Shown here one piece after another: positions 44,189 through 55,339 of a stretch of DNA of 64,000 nucleotides. The DNA is taken from assembly GCA_907165135.1 (NCBI GenBank), contig OU015566.1, positions 7,006,001-7,070,000 on the forward strand. Direction: 5' to 3'. The DNA comes from Oikopleura dioica (taxonomy: Eukaryota; Animalia; Chordata). Every line of letters begins with the position of its first letter. The stretch's first letter is position 1. The notes beneath the pieces are model-generated. The model made no database searches and was not told the origin of the DNA. It was given only the letters and a program-made list of their open reading frames with translations. The position numbers were made by a program, and so were the translations under genes.

Positions 44189-46316
44189 TTAGACGCAGAA
44201 ATCGGAAGAAACTTCGAAGAGAACGGGGTTCACAGATTCGTCAGTGTATCCAATTACTTCTTGATTAGCCACTTCATCTCCTTCCAAATCTAGTCGTTCA
44301 ATGGCATTTGGAGCATCTCTGCCAGAAACGACGAAAATTGAATTGCCGGTCATTATTGCTGATGGATACCAGACAGCCTAAGAATAGTTGCTCTTTTTTA
44401 AAAGTATTTTTGAAACTTGCATTTTGCAGATTTCCAATTTGATTCCAGGCGTTGTTTTGAAGAAGCCAAATTGCGGACGAAACAAACCAAGCACCATTAT
44501 CGTATTGTTTTCCTCCAACAAGCAAAAGACTTCCACTTGGCAGCCCCACCAAATCATGACGACTGGCACTCAGACTAAACAGATAGAAAAGAATGAAATT
44601 TTCGAATGATTTTTAAAATACCTCGGAAAATCGGTTAGAAACGTCCAGCCAGATGGACCAAGAGTTTCAACCTTATTGGTAGGGTTACCCCAATAGTTCC
44701 AATAGCCGACTGTTGTTGGTTGACCCATGTAAAATGCGAGCTGCCCTCCAGGATGTCCAGGAGCCGCGGTTGATTCTCGAGAGACGGTCGTGATTGTGTT
44801 GAATTCTTCGCAGTTTCTGTATACGCCATCGTCAGGAAAGCAAATCAATGCAGAATCGCCATCGTCGATCGGAAGTGCAGCCGACATAGCGGCAACCCTG
44901 TTGATTAATCGTAGCGACAGTTCGTTCCATTCGCAACCTTGCAATCTCGCAATCTTATTTGTAAAGTCAAATGATTCGAAAGTCAATTAGTTGAAGGACT
45001 TTTTGCTTATCTTGTTGTCCACCAAAGATGTAGAACTCGCCCTGGATAAGCGCGTTTGGAGACCATTGGAGGTAGTCATCAGAAGGAGCCGTTATTGCTG
45101 CTGCCTTCTTAGTCGATCCGTCGAACGAAATGGAGAATGCGGTGCTCAAGCTTTCGCCCATTACCAAAATGTGCTGAATTAGTTTTACTTCCGTTTTAGA
45201 TTAAAACGGTTATTATAACGTGGTGTTTAAGAATTTGAGTCAACTAACCGGGCCAACTGATGTTGTCGTGGTTGTAGTTGTAGTCGTTGTTGTAGTCGTC
45301 GTTGTAGTTGTTGTTGTGGTCGTGGTTGTGGTTGTGGTTGTAGTTGTCGTTGTAGTTGTAGTTGTAGTTGTAGTTGTAGTATTGGTTATCTGTGAAGGAC
45401 CAGCGGGCGGCTTGATCTCTCGCTGACCAGACATACAAATTGCATAGTGTCTTTCGTTGCAATCAGAATTTAGGAAAATTCGATCGTGGCTCCACGACGC
45501 ACAGACTTCAGGCTGACGACGATCAAACCAGTAGGTTTTATCAGGATCGTAGAATGACTCGATCTTAGAAAAAGAAATCAAAAGGAGACCGCTAGAATAA
45601 ACAATTACAAGTTGGAATTCTTCTTCAAAATATGGGTCGGCGAGCCATCCATTTTCAAGATAACAGTAAGCTGCTGCTTGAGTGAAATCCAAGTCATCTT
45701 CAGACGAAAAAATAGTGAGTGGCCGATCACTCAGCTCGGTTAGGAGTGCAAGTTTTTGTAATTTATGCTACTTTGGGTTCATAATTGTTAATAATGACTG
45801 CAAGAAATCAGCCACGTGCGATTCATAAATATGAAACCCATGTCAAAGGTCTTCTTGATTTTTTCAAAATCTCCTCATGCTTGCTCGTTTCAACGCAGAC
45901 ATATGACTTTGAATGCGCTCTTGAAACCCCATCTAATCTTTAAAGATGATCTTTCGTCACCTTTCATTTAGGAAAACAGGGGAATTAAAGAACTCTCCCT
46001 GAATCCAGTTTTCAATCATCGCCCCAAGAAGCTCGATATTTTCACCCGGAGTTTTCATCTCGTCAAATGCGTGAATCTCGACATATTCAAAAGTAGATCC
46101 GCAATCGCCCTCATTTTTGTACAATTGCACGACATTTTTGCTGAGACTATACTTGTTCGCAATCCTTTTTCTCCACTTTGGGGCGATCCGGTATCGAGGA
46201 TGAACGAGATCCGATACAAAATCGTCAAGATCGCCCCAGAAGTCGAGAAATTGCTGATGCGGAGCGGCGGTCTGCACAAAACCGACCAGAAAACTTACTA
46301 AAAGAGCCTCTCTCAT
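44189..46316 (-). CDS. Secreted modular protein: N-terminal helical domain, C-type-lectin-like domain, Thr40 linker, Kelch-like beta-propeller
   Basis: Signal peptide MREALLVSFLVGFVQTA; DFTQAAAYC..ENGWLA...YWFD...C...DC..RHYAIC (CTL-like); 40 consecutive Thr codons at 45261-45380; repeats YIFGG, SLLLVGG, IWLLQNNAWNQIGNL; ends NPVLFEVSSDFCV*. Confidence 0.7.
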
Positions 46317-47509
46317 TTTGTAGATCTGATTTTATTCCGAAAAACTCCGCTGTTTTATGCTCTTCAAAAGTGCGAACATACAAAAAAGTAAAAAACTATG
46401 GTTAATAATTATTATTATTGCCCATAAATATAATTTTCACGATGATAGATAATTTTATTTCAAAGAACTTTCATGTGGGAGAATTTGACCTAGCTCGGCA
46501 TTACCAAAATGGCACCGGGAGACTATAAATACGCTTAATTAACGCAGAGTTGCAAATCTGGGCGTATTGTTCTGACTCCGTCGGCAAATTGCCCGTGTGA
46601 AAAATGTACCATTAGCTAAAGTGCTTATTATTATGCTAAAAAAATTTGAAAAGTCCCTTTCGACCGTGCCTTATTTATTGTAATAGGGCTGATCGAGGAG
46701 GAGAATCAAATTTTAGACAGAACGCAGAAATCATGGAAGAATCTGTATTCACGCAAATGATCAATTATTCTACGAAATTAACCGATTTGGGTCGACGATT
46801 TGCTGTTATTTTATAATTCATCGAGGAAGTTCCATGAAGTCAAATTTGAACAGGTTCATCGAGTTTTACTAAGAAACCTTTGTTCCAGTTTGGTTGCTGC
46901 CATATGACGCTTAATCTTTAGTGAACTCTTTCCAAAGCCTACTTTTACGTACGTGGAGAGGAATAAGATTAAGGATAGTAGCTTTGGTTCAAGGCCATTG
47001 GAGTTTTCTGAGAATCTCTTGCTAAGATTATTGTCAGAAAGAAGACAAATAATCATGATAATGATTTGAGTCTAAAAGTGAGTTCAAAGTCATTCCTTTG
47101 CGTTTAATATTTTTGAATGCAACCTCGTTTATTGCGACTAATTCGCAAGCACAGTGAAAAACAGTTGGTTTTACTTCTGTAAGATAAAGATAGTCTTAAA
47201 CTTTGAGTCAAGATACTATCTATTGGACGATATATACTCCTCAGCCTTATTTTAACGTCTAGGTTCCTAGACATTGACGTTTTAGAGGCTCTAGTAACGA
47301 TGAGGGACCTTTCCCCGGAACTTTTTCCATCGAGGCGTCTTTTTTGTACGTCATGAAAAATTTACAGTGCGCCTCACCCCACCAGTTCCAAGATTTGAGC
47401 GTTGCGCCCTCGGATTAATTTTTTAATGATTTCAAAGTATAAAAACGAACTCGAGGAGATTCCAATAAAAACAATTTGCTTTACTCAGCAAAATAAAAAA
47501 AAAACAGAA

Positions 47510-47818
47510 ATGAAACTTTCAAAAAGTCTCGTGTTTCTTTTTTCCGGCTCTTTCGGCGACCTTTACTACCAAAACCGACTTGGAAACTCGTTAACATCCC
47601 ATAATCGGGAACGCAGCGACATTTCCATCCGGGATGAGCCAGAGCAGCTGACGCCCGAGGAAGAGCTTTTGGAAAAGATCTTCAACTACAACAATCAATA
47701 CCGATCTCAGTTCGAAAACTTCGAAAGAACAAGGGCCTGGAAACCAACGATGAAGATGGGCAACCGCGATTTGAGACGAACAATGAAGACGAACTTCAGA
47801 AAATACCTTAGAAACTAA
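47510..47818 (+). CDS. Small intronless, putatively secreted protein (102 aa)
   Basis: ATG follows an A-rich ...ACAG acceptor-like site. Weak hydrophobic N-terminus MKLSKSLVFLFSGSFG, acidic spacer, Arg-rich C-terminus. Confidence 0.5.
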   Translation: MKLSKSLVFLFSGSFGDLYYQNRLGNSLTSHNRERSDISIRDEPEQLTPEEELLEKIFNYNNQYRSQFENFERTRAWKPTMKMGNRDLRRTMKTNFRKYLRN

Positions 47819-48003
47819 GATTCTTTCTGCAAGAAACACCCTTTGAAAGCCATTTCATGCTCTCAACAAAATAAAAATTTGAAAAAAATAAGCCGTTTAT
47901 CTTTCTTATATTCAAATGAAAAACATTCTGTAAGACATCCAACCTGATTGAAAATCTGCGCGATCTCTGCAAACAAGGAAGAGAAATTTTAAGTTAGTAC
48001 ATT

Positions 48004-48112
48004 GGTTAGGGTTAGGGTTAGAGTAAGGTTTCAATAGCCATACTTCTTTATAGGGTTAGGGTTACGGTTACAGTTAGTACCTTGTTGGTAGCTTAAAACT
48101 AACCCTAACCCT
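48004..48112. repeat. Telomere-like (GGGTTA)n / (TAACCC)n short tracts in inverted arrangement
   Basis: GGTTAGGGTTAGGGTTAG...AGGGTTAGGGTTAC...CTAACCCTAACCC read directly from the sequence. Confidence 0.65.
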
Positions 48113-48417
48113 GAATCCTACTCTCGATGGTAAAACGTATTGAAGAAGCCCATGTCTTCCAGTAGAAAGTGTCCTCCAGAAAGAGAACGCCTCTAGCAGA
48201 AGCAATTTGAAAGAAGGAACATCCAGAATAAGAGAAAAAAAAAACGATGAATTCTGAAAAAACTCGGCAACGAGGTCAAGTTGACGTCGCTCATAAAATC
48301 AATATTTGACGCCAACTCCCTCATTTGTTACTTATTTCGTAGCTTTTTTTCTGTTTTGAAAGAGATGGAAGTCGTAAACGCCTAATTATTTTTGCTTATT
48401 TTCAGTCGATTTCGAAA

Positions 48418-51400
48418 ATGGGTTTTTACGATTTTGTGGCGGCGGCGGGAAAGTCCTCCATTGCGATTTATGCGAAACAGGTTGAGCGGTTGTTTTTCAG
48501 TTCTAAAAAAAATTTTCTGCAGGCGGTACATTCGTGCTCTCGTAATCTAAACAGTTCTACGTTTTTGGAGAGCTCTGAGTCCGTTTACACAAAATCAACC
48601 TTCTCGTTAGGTCGGTGGACCAGTTGGGGCTTGGATCGTCAACAATCCGAAAACGGCCACTGCTACTGGAGTCACTGTAATTGGAGGCTACCTGTTTTAC
48701 TATTTTACTCACCAGAAGTATCCTGCGCCTTGGTTAGACAGGAAAAAAGGTCGAAATTTGTGTCAAAAGATTGCGATGGCCGGGAATCGAACCCGGATCT
48801 AATGCTTGGAAGGCATCAATGCTGACCATTACACCACCAACGCTTGCTCTTGATTTTCACTTCAAGCGTTATTCATCCATACTGTATGGACTATACTTGA
48901 CTGTGGAAGAACCACCGCTCTCGTTGTATAGAATATTTCGGAAAAACCATAAATATCTAGTTTGAAATATAAATTTGAATTTTTTTTTCGAAACAGTGAC
49001 TCGAGAAATAGAAAAATTGACTTACACCCATGGGCCATGGCAAAATCAGGGGTCTAAATTCGCAGTGCGAATTCGCTTTATTGCGAAGCGATGCGAAGCG
49101 AAGCGAATTCGCTTTCGCTTCAATTATTGACCTAAAACAGACGAAAACTCAAATCTGGACTCAGCAAGAAGCAACTACTAGAAGATGAGTTGACAGCGGA
49201 AAAAGTGGAGAAGGAAGAGTGGGATGTAATTATTATTGGTTCCGGTGGTTGCGGCCTTACGACAGGAGCGGGCTGCGAGAAACCGAAATGTGGTCAAAGA
49301 CAAAAGACTTTTAATTTAGCAGCTCACCTAAAGGAAACCTTTTGGCGAGGAGTGGATTGAAGGTGCTCATTTTGGAAAAGCACTATGTTGCAGGTAAAGA
49401 CAAATTTAACTCCCTTTCCCAATTTTTCGTCAGTATTAATTTCCTCAAAGCTGTCATGAGTTTTCCAGAGATTTAGATGCTCCAAGATCTTCTTTTTCCC
49501 AGACGCATTTGGCTTTTTTGGCATGGCATTTTTGTTTATAGGAAGGAAGAGTCGCCGCACGGGTTAATTTCCGTCTCATATTTCGTTCCTAACCTTTCAA
49601 CTCAGGCATTGCTTGAAGCAAAGCTTCACGGAATCGTTTAGGCGGATGCACCCACACCTGGGAGAAGGATGGCCGCGAGTTTGATACGGGCGTACATTAT
49701 CTTGGAAACTCGGCTAAAGACCTCTCCGCCACGACAGGAGCAATGTTTGACTTCATGAGCGATGGAAATCTGAAGTGGAGCGAGCTGGATGATAATTTCG
49801 ATACTGTAGTGCTCAATGGCGAAGATGGGGAGCAGGACCGATTCAAATTTATCAGGAAAAAGGGACACCATAAATTTATTTTTCGATTTTTTCTATAAAT
49901 AATTAAAGTAAGCGTTTTACACTGAGATAACTTTAAGATGACTACGATCGGACATGTTACGAAGCTCTTATAATTTCCGTAATTTTAATTATGATGACGC
50001 TAGAAAGTTAATATCCCCTTCAAAAAGAGAATCAAAAACGATTCATGACAACACAAAAGCATCTCTTCTCGAAAAATTTCCTGAAGAAGCTGAAAACATC
50101 GAAAAATTCTTCTCCGATTTGAAAGCTTTCAAGAAATCAGGCCTTTACCTTGGTCTCTACAAAATCCTCCCACTTTGGTTTTTGAAGCCTCTTATTGCCT
50201 TGGGCCTGCACAACCGTCTTTTCGACAACAAAGCTTTTACTACTACAGTGAAGGACTACCTGGACAGGTGAGTAGACAGCTTCCCATTGTGTATAAAAAT
50301 ATTGTAATTGAAGCATCACTTCGAATAAAAAGCTCCAGTGCATCCTCAACTACTGCTTCGGCGACTACGGGTAAGCCTCGCTGCTCTTGAAACTCACTTG
50401 GACGTTTATTAACACAGAAATTCAACCAAAAACAGACAGAAATATTTTAAAACTCACTTTACTACCAGTTAACCCGGCTTCAATTTTAAATCTTAAAAAT
50501 CTAAAAAAAACTTCTCAAATTTTGATTGACCAAAAATGATTTTCAAGCAATCTTATTGGCTCTTTTAAAAAGTCATCTAAAAAGTTCAGTTTCTTCCTTT
50601 TTTGCCCTAATTTTCTTCCAGTACGCAGCCACGTAAGGCGCCGCTGTTTATCGGACTTGCTCTTATCGATCATTTCCGCAAGGGCGGCGTGTTCCCAATT
50701 GGCGGCTCATCAAAGCTGACTATGGACCTGGCTGAGCCGATTGCTGCGCGCGGCGGAAAGATTCTCGTCCGCGCTAATGTTCTCCAAATCAACGAAGAGC
50801 GCGGAAATGTTACCGGAGTTACAGTCCTTCCAACAGGCGCCAAGAGCGGTGGAAAACCGTTCTTCATCCCAGGTCTGGAGGATAAACACTTTAATAACAC
50901 TCCCCTTAAATCCTTTGCTTTGGAAACTGACCAGCGCACGTTTCTACCTATGAGGACACATGTTACATGTAAGCCCGCATACTTTTTATCATTCGAAAAA
51001 TGCAAAAAGCATGTGAGAAATTATGCGAAAGAGGGGCCAAAGCAATTTATCTGATAAAACTTAAGTTCAACAAAACTGTATTGGCTCTGAATTTTTTCGG
51101 ATCATTTTCAAAATACAGTCATTTTTGACGTCAAAATCATGTGGCTGATTTTAAAAGAGTGGAATTCAGAATTCTTTGACGCAAAAGAGTTTTTAATCCA
51201 AAAACGAATCATGAGTTTAAGGGTTAGTTTTAGCTTATTTCTATTTTTGGCGATTTTGAAATAGGAAAAGGTTATCCTCCTAAAAAGCCAAAAAAGTCGT
51301 CTCGACCGCTTCCGTTTGGGCAGGGCTTTATGATGATGCACATCTTTATTTTTCAATTTTTAATCCTAGCTGGAAATAGAGGAAAATGAAGCTTGAAAAT

Positions 51401-53791
51401 TGAAAAATAACTGGTGGCTTGGGTGCGCGCAAAAAACGTGCGCTGTAATTAAATAATTGTACTTTTTCAAAAATCAAATCAGCAAGCCATATGCTCAGTT
51501 CACCAACATGATGATCGCAAACGAGAAGCTGAGGCTCCAAATTGATCACCTGACGCCGGGACTAGGTGCCATGTACATTTTCTTTGGCATGGACAAAGCT
51601 GTAGGTACGCTCAAAATAAAAATCACGTTTCTTCAGCACCTGGTTTGGAAAATGATATTACAATTAATTGCACTCAATTACATACCCTAAATTGTTAATT
51701 TTGAGAGATTTCTGTTTTTGATGAGAAAGCTATCTATATTTGAGTCAGCCTGGAAATAAGCTGCCAAATAAGGGGTCCCTAATTTAATCGACAAATATTT
51801 CTCGGGGTCCTCCATTTTAACGGGTTTGAAATTTCTCAAGAAGAGCAGTAAACCCGTTAAAATGGAGGCGTCCGAGAAATATTTGCCCGTTAAATTAGGG
51901 ACCCCGATTTTGGCATGAATGGACAATGAGTGAGTTATTCCAGGATAACATCGCGTCTTGTCACTTTCCGCGAATCTCATCAAAAGGGTTGTTTTCTCCT
52001 TGTCTTCCGTTTTTCTCCAGTTGCCAAGTGGCTTCACTTTATCGCCAAAACGTGAAACGCGGCAGCTGGAAAGGAGCAAGTCTACATTTTCCGATAATTA
52101 TGCAACAGATCATTCTAATTCTGAATCTGACGCCCCAAAACCGTTTGTCGTCAAAATCGCTTCTTTTCTTATCACTTGTCTCCAGATTTTTCCAGTTCTT
52201 ATCGCTCCCAGCACCAAATACTACCCAAATGTTCTGAACAAATTTCGCCAGTTTTACTTTTATCAATCTTGTTTGATGAGTTGGAAACACAAAAAAATCC
52301 AAAGATTGACAGAGTAAAATTTCGATTTCGAGTCATCCCCCTTCTGACGTAATTTTTTACTGAAGTACGGTTATTAGGTGATCTTCCGAAGCGAAACTGG
52401 TGGTGCTACAATACCAAGGAATATGATTTCGACAAGACAGGACTGGGATTATGATTATTTTTATTAAGAAAATTTTTTATTAAATAATAAATTGCAATTG
52501 CAGAATATATTTTTTTTGAGGAGTAAAAGTCGAGAGACCATAAGACTCGTGAAAAACATATTTTTAAATATTTATTTTGATATCTTTATGTTGACATAAC
52601 TCAAATAGGTTAGAAAAATGGTTTAGGGCCAAAATAGGTGAATTTCTACAAATTAAAGACTATCATCAATATTTGATGACTGAAAAACCGGAAAATTCTA
52701 GGCCCCTATCATGCGTGGAAGATGATTGAAAATGTTTATGCAAGTCAAGATCGCTAGTTAGTGCTTATTTAATCGAATCTAATCCCCTCAAGTCGATGAA
52801 TTCATGTCTTTAGAAACCGCCGACTTCCTAGCCAGGGTTCAAACACCAAGATTCTTGAATCAAAGTTATTAAATTTCAACCTTTCAATTTTGAACCCTGG
52901 TGAAAGAGGGAAAATCCCCGCTGCTCTTCATTTCATTTCCGAGTATGAAGGACCCCACGTATAAGCAACGCAACCCCTCGAAAGGAAAGCGTTTAGAACC
53001 CAGGATTTTTCTTTCCTACAGTTATTCTTTAAAAAACGCTGAAAAAGGGCCAACGGGAGTAATAATCACCCTCGCCAACTGGCGCTGGTTCGAAGAGCTC
53101 CAGCCAGAGCACGAAAAACGATGGGGCGAGACGGAAAAGAAGAAACGAATGAAACGACCGGAAGAATACAGCGCGATCAAAGAGCGACTCGGTCGAAAGA
53201 TCGTTGAAGAAGCGGCCGAGTTTTTGAAACCTGAGGGGATTGATTTCTTCGATCACGTGGACTACATTAATGTTGGGACGCCCTTAACGCACAAGCACTA
53301 TTTGAACTGTCCGGAAGGGTCGATTTATTCGGCTGATCATGATTTAACAAGGAAGGTTATAAAGTTCAATCCTATATATTTTTTAAGTTAAAAGGAATAT
53401 CATCAAAGCCTTTCCATATTAAAAAGAAAAAAATTATTTCAAGTGAATATTCATTTCGAACAACTAACGTTTAATTTTACCAATAATCTCAATCTGAAAT
53501 AATCCGATTTGTTTTGATCAGGCCTTTATTTATGGTTTTTTTGAATCGCGGGAAAATGAAAAATAACTCAACAAAAGATACCTTCCGGAGAATCTGATCA
53601 AATCGCGTCCGGAGACTCCAATCCGAGGGCTTACTCAAGGCGGTCAAGATATTCTATCCTGTGGCGTGGGGACAGTGGTGACTACCGGTTTACTCGCGGC
53701 AGGACACGTTACTGGCAGAAAATTACTCCTCGAAGCAGAAGGATTACGCCAGGCCAAGAAAATTACTGTTGATGCTCTTCCGCAAATTTGA
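48418..53791 (+). CDS. RETSAT: All-trans-retinol 13,14-reductase (RETSAT)-like FAD oxidoreductase, many exons
   Basis: N-terminal TM; WDVIIIGSGGCGLTTGNLLARSGLKVLILEKH (Rossmann); GGCTHTW...EFDTGVHYLG; GGVFPIGGSS; TPLTHKHYLNCPEGSIYSADHD; GQDILSCG. Confidence 0.9.
48772..48843 (-). tRNA. tRNA-Gly: tRNA-Gly (TCC), antisense within a RETSAT intron
   Basis: GCGTTGGTGGTGTAATGGTCAGCATTGATGCCTTCCAAGCATTAGATCCGGGTTCGATTCCCGGCCATCGCA. One acceptor-stem mismatch (T4:T69); TTTT terminator just downstream. Confidence 0.88.
51772..51905. repeat. 134-bp palindromic MITE-like element in a RETSAT intron
   Basis: GGGGTCCCTAATTTAA...CTCCATTTTAACGGGTTT...AAACCCGTTAAAATGGAG...TTAAATTAGGGACCCC. Confidence 0.8.
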
Positions 53792-54496
53792 ATAAAAAGA
53801 AATCAAACCCACTAAAAAATCGCTTTATTAAAACTCCGACCAGAAAGTTTCCGAACGAACAAGAGTAGATCTTCCTGCCGAGGCTCTTCCCACAGGGCGG
53901 ATCGTACATCGCCGCAGGATATTTCTCCGGCGAGTTGGTTTTCCAGATGTCAGTCTGTAAAAACCTTCGAGGCAATTTGTCAATACAGTCTCTTTTAATG
54001 ACCTTACTGTAAACCCAAGCAGTAGAGCACCAGCAAACGACTTGAAAGTACATTATTCTTAGTCGACAATCGGACTTTTCAAAATCTGCCGCGAAGGGGT
54101 TGATTTTCAGCGCTAGAAATTCATCTTTCTCTTTCAACAAAAGCTGACGCTGATACCTAGGCCTATTAAAATTGATAAAGAAATAATAAACATTGCCAAG
54201 TGAAGTTTATTTCCGCCTGTTTCATATTTTTGAATATCTTCCGGTCGACTTAACATTTCGAGATAATTATTAATTGCCCTTGAAAGATACTACCTGTTGA
54301 AATGACTTAATTTATTGGAAAGAATGCTTCTTCTGGGAACACTTCTGAAGCCATCTAAAGTGGCTACTGATATTCTGCTCTGATCCATATCAAAAATGGA
54401 ACTTATTCAACAACTCCGCTTGCGCTTTTTCCTTCGTAACTCGATTAAAAACGATTTTGTCTAACATGAAGAACAAAGAAATGACAATTTCGTTCA

Positions 54497-55339
54497 TCAA
54501 AATAGCTTGTTTATTTGATTTGTGAAAAATATTTTTCTACAAGAAGGACATTTCAATTCTTTCATCTTTGAGAGACACTCAAAGCAATATTGATGACCAC
54601 AAGGAAGTGCAGATCTTCGGTGTTTTTCTTCGTTGTAATCATGGTAGCAAATTTGACACATATTGTCCGGATTCCAGTCATCAGTCTTAGATTCTGCAGA
54701 ACGCTCTGAAGATTTTTTTTTATATTTGGTAAGCGTTAAGAAAACGCCACCTAACTGAATATTCATTATAGATCGGTCGAATGATTTTTCAAACAGGTAA
54801 ACAAGGCGCTGCTCAAGAAAACATTTCGATTCAAACCACTTTTTTAAATTTTTCGAAGCGGCATTTCTTTTACCATTCGGAGCAGAATTAAATCTCTTTT
54901 CAGCCATTCTATATGCACAAAGAGCCTGATCGTAGATCATTTGTACATATTTGAAAACATCGTAGCAATCTTAATTTCGTTAAGAATACCTGTCCAAATG
55001 AAAGCTTACCTGAGTCCGGAGTCCATTTTGCTGCTTCTTTGCAGCATTTTCCAAGCCAAAAATTTTTGAATGAATTGACCGCCTTGCATTTTTGAATAGG
55101 ACATTTGAATTTTGCATCAGTATTTTTAAAACGTAGTTTTGGCATTGGGTCTTTTATGTGCATAGAGCACGATTCGCAATAAACTTGATTTTTGAAAGCT
55201 ACGCTTCTCTCTTGACCGCTTAAAAATTGTCAAAAAGATATAAAGGGTTGATTTTATACCACTTGCAAATACAACATTTTCCATGTTTACCCTTACTATG
55301 GAAGAATTTTTCGCCGATTTTCAAAAGATGGCGAGGCAT
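54497..55339 (-). CDS. Zinc-finger / helical / C-terminal RING protein, paralogue of the 9233-10307 gene (3 exons)
   Basis: GKHGKCCICKC...CESC; FKCPIQKC...FWLGKCC; C-terminal CQIC...LPCGHQYCFEC...CPSC. The two introns share position and phase with the 9.2-kb gene. Confidence 0.85.

Noticed and set aside
45220-45462. Poly-Val and NYN-repeat ORFs
   Set aside because: Alternative frames or antisense of the Thr40 tract.
48718-48743. GA donor for RETSAT intron 2 (at 48742)
   Set aside because: A canonical GT donor at 48718 gives the same phase and an open frame, so a non-canonical site is not required.
53763-54140. 125-aa minus-strand ORF overlapping the RETSAT 3' end
   Set aside because: No initiator ATG at the annotated start, no motif, and competing frames; not supportable as a gene.
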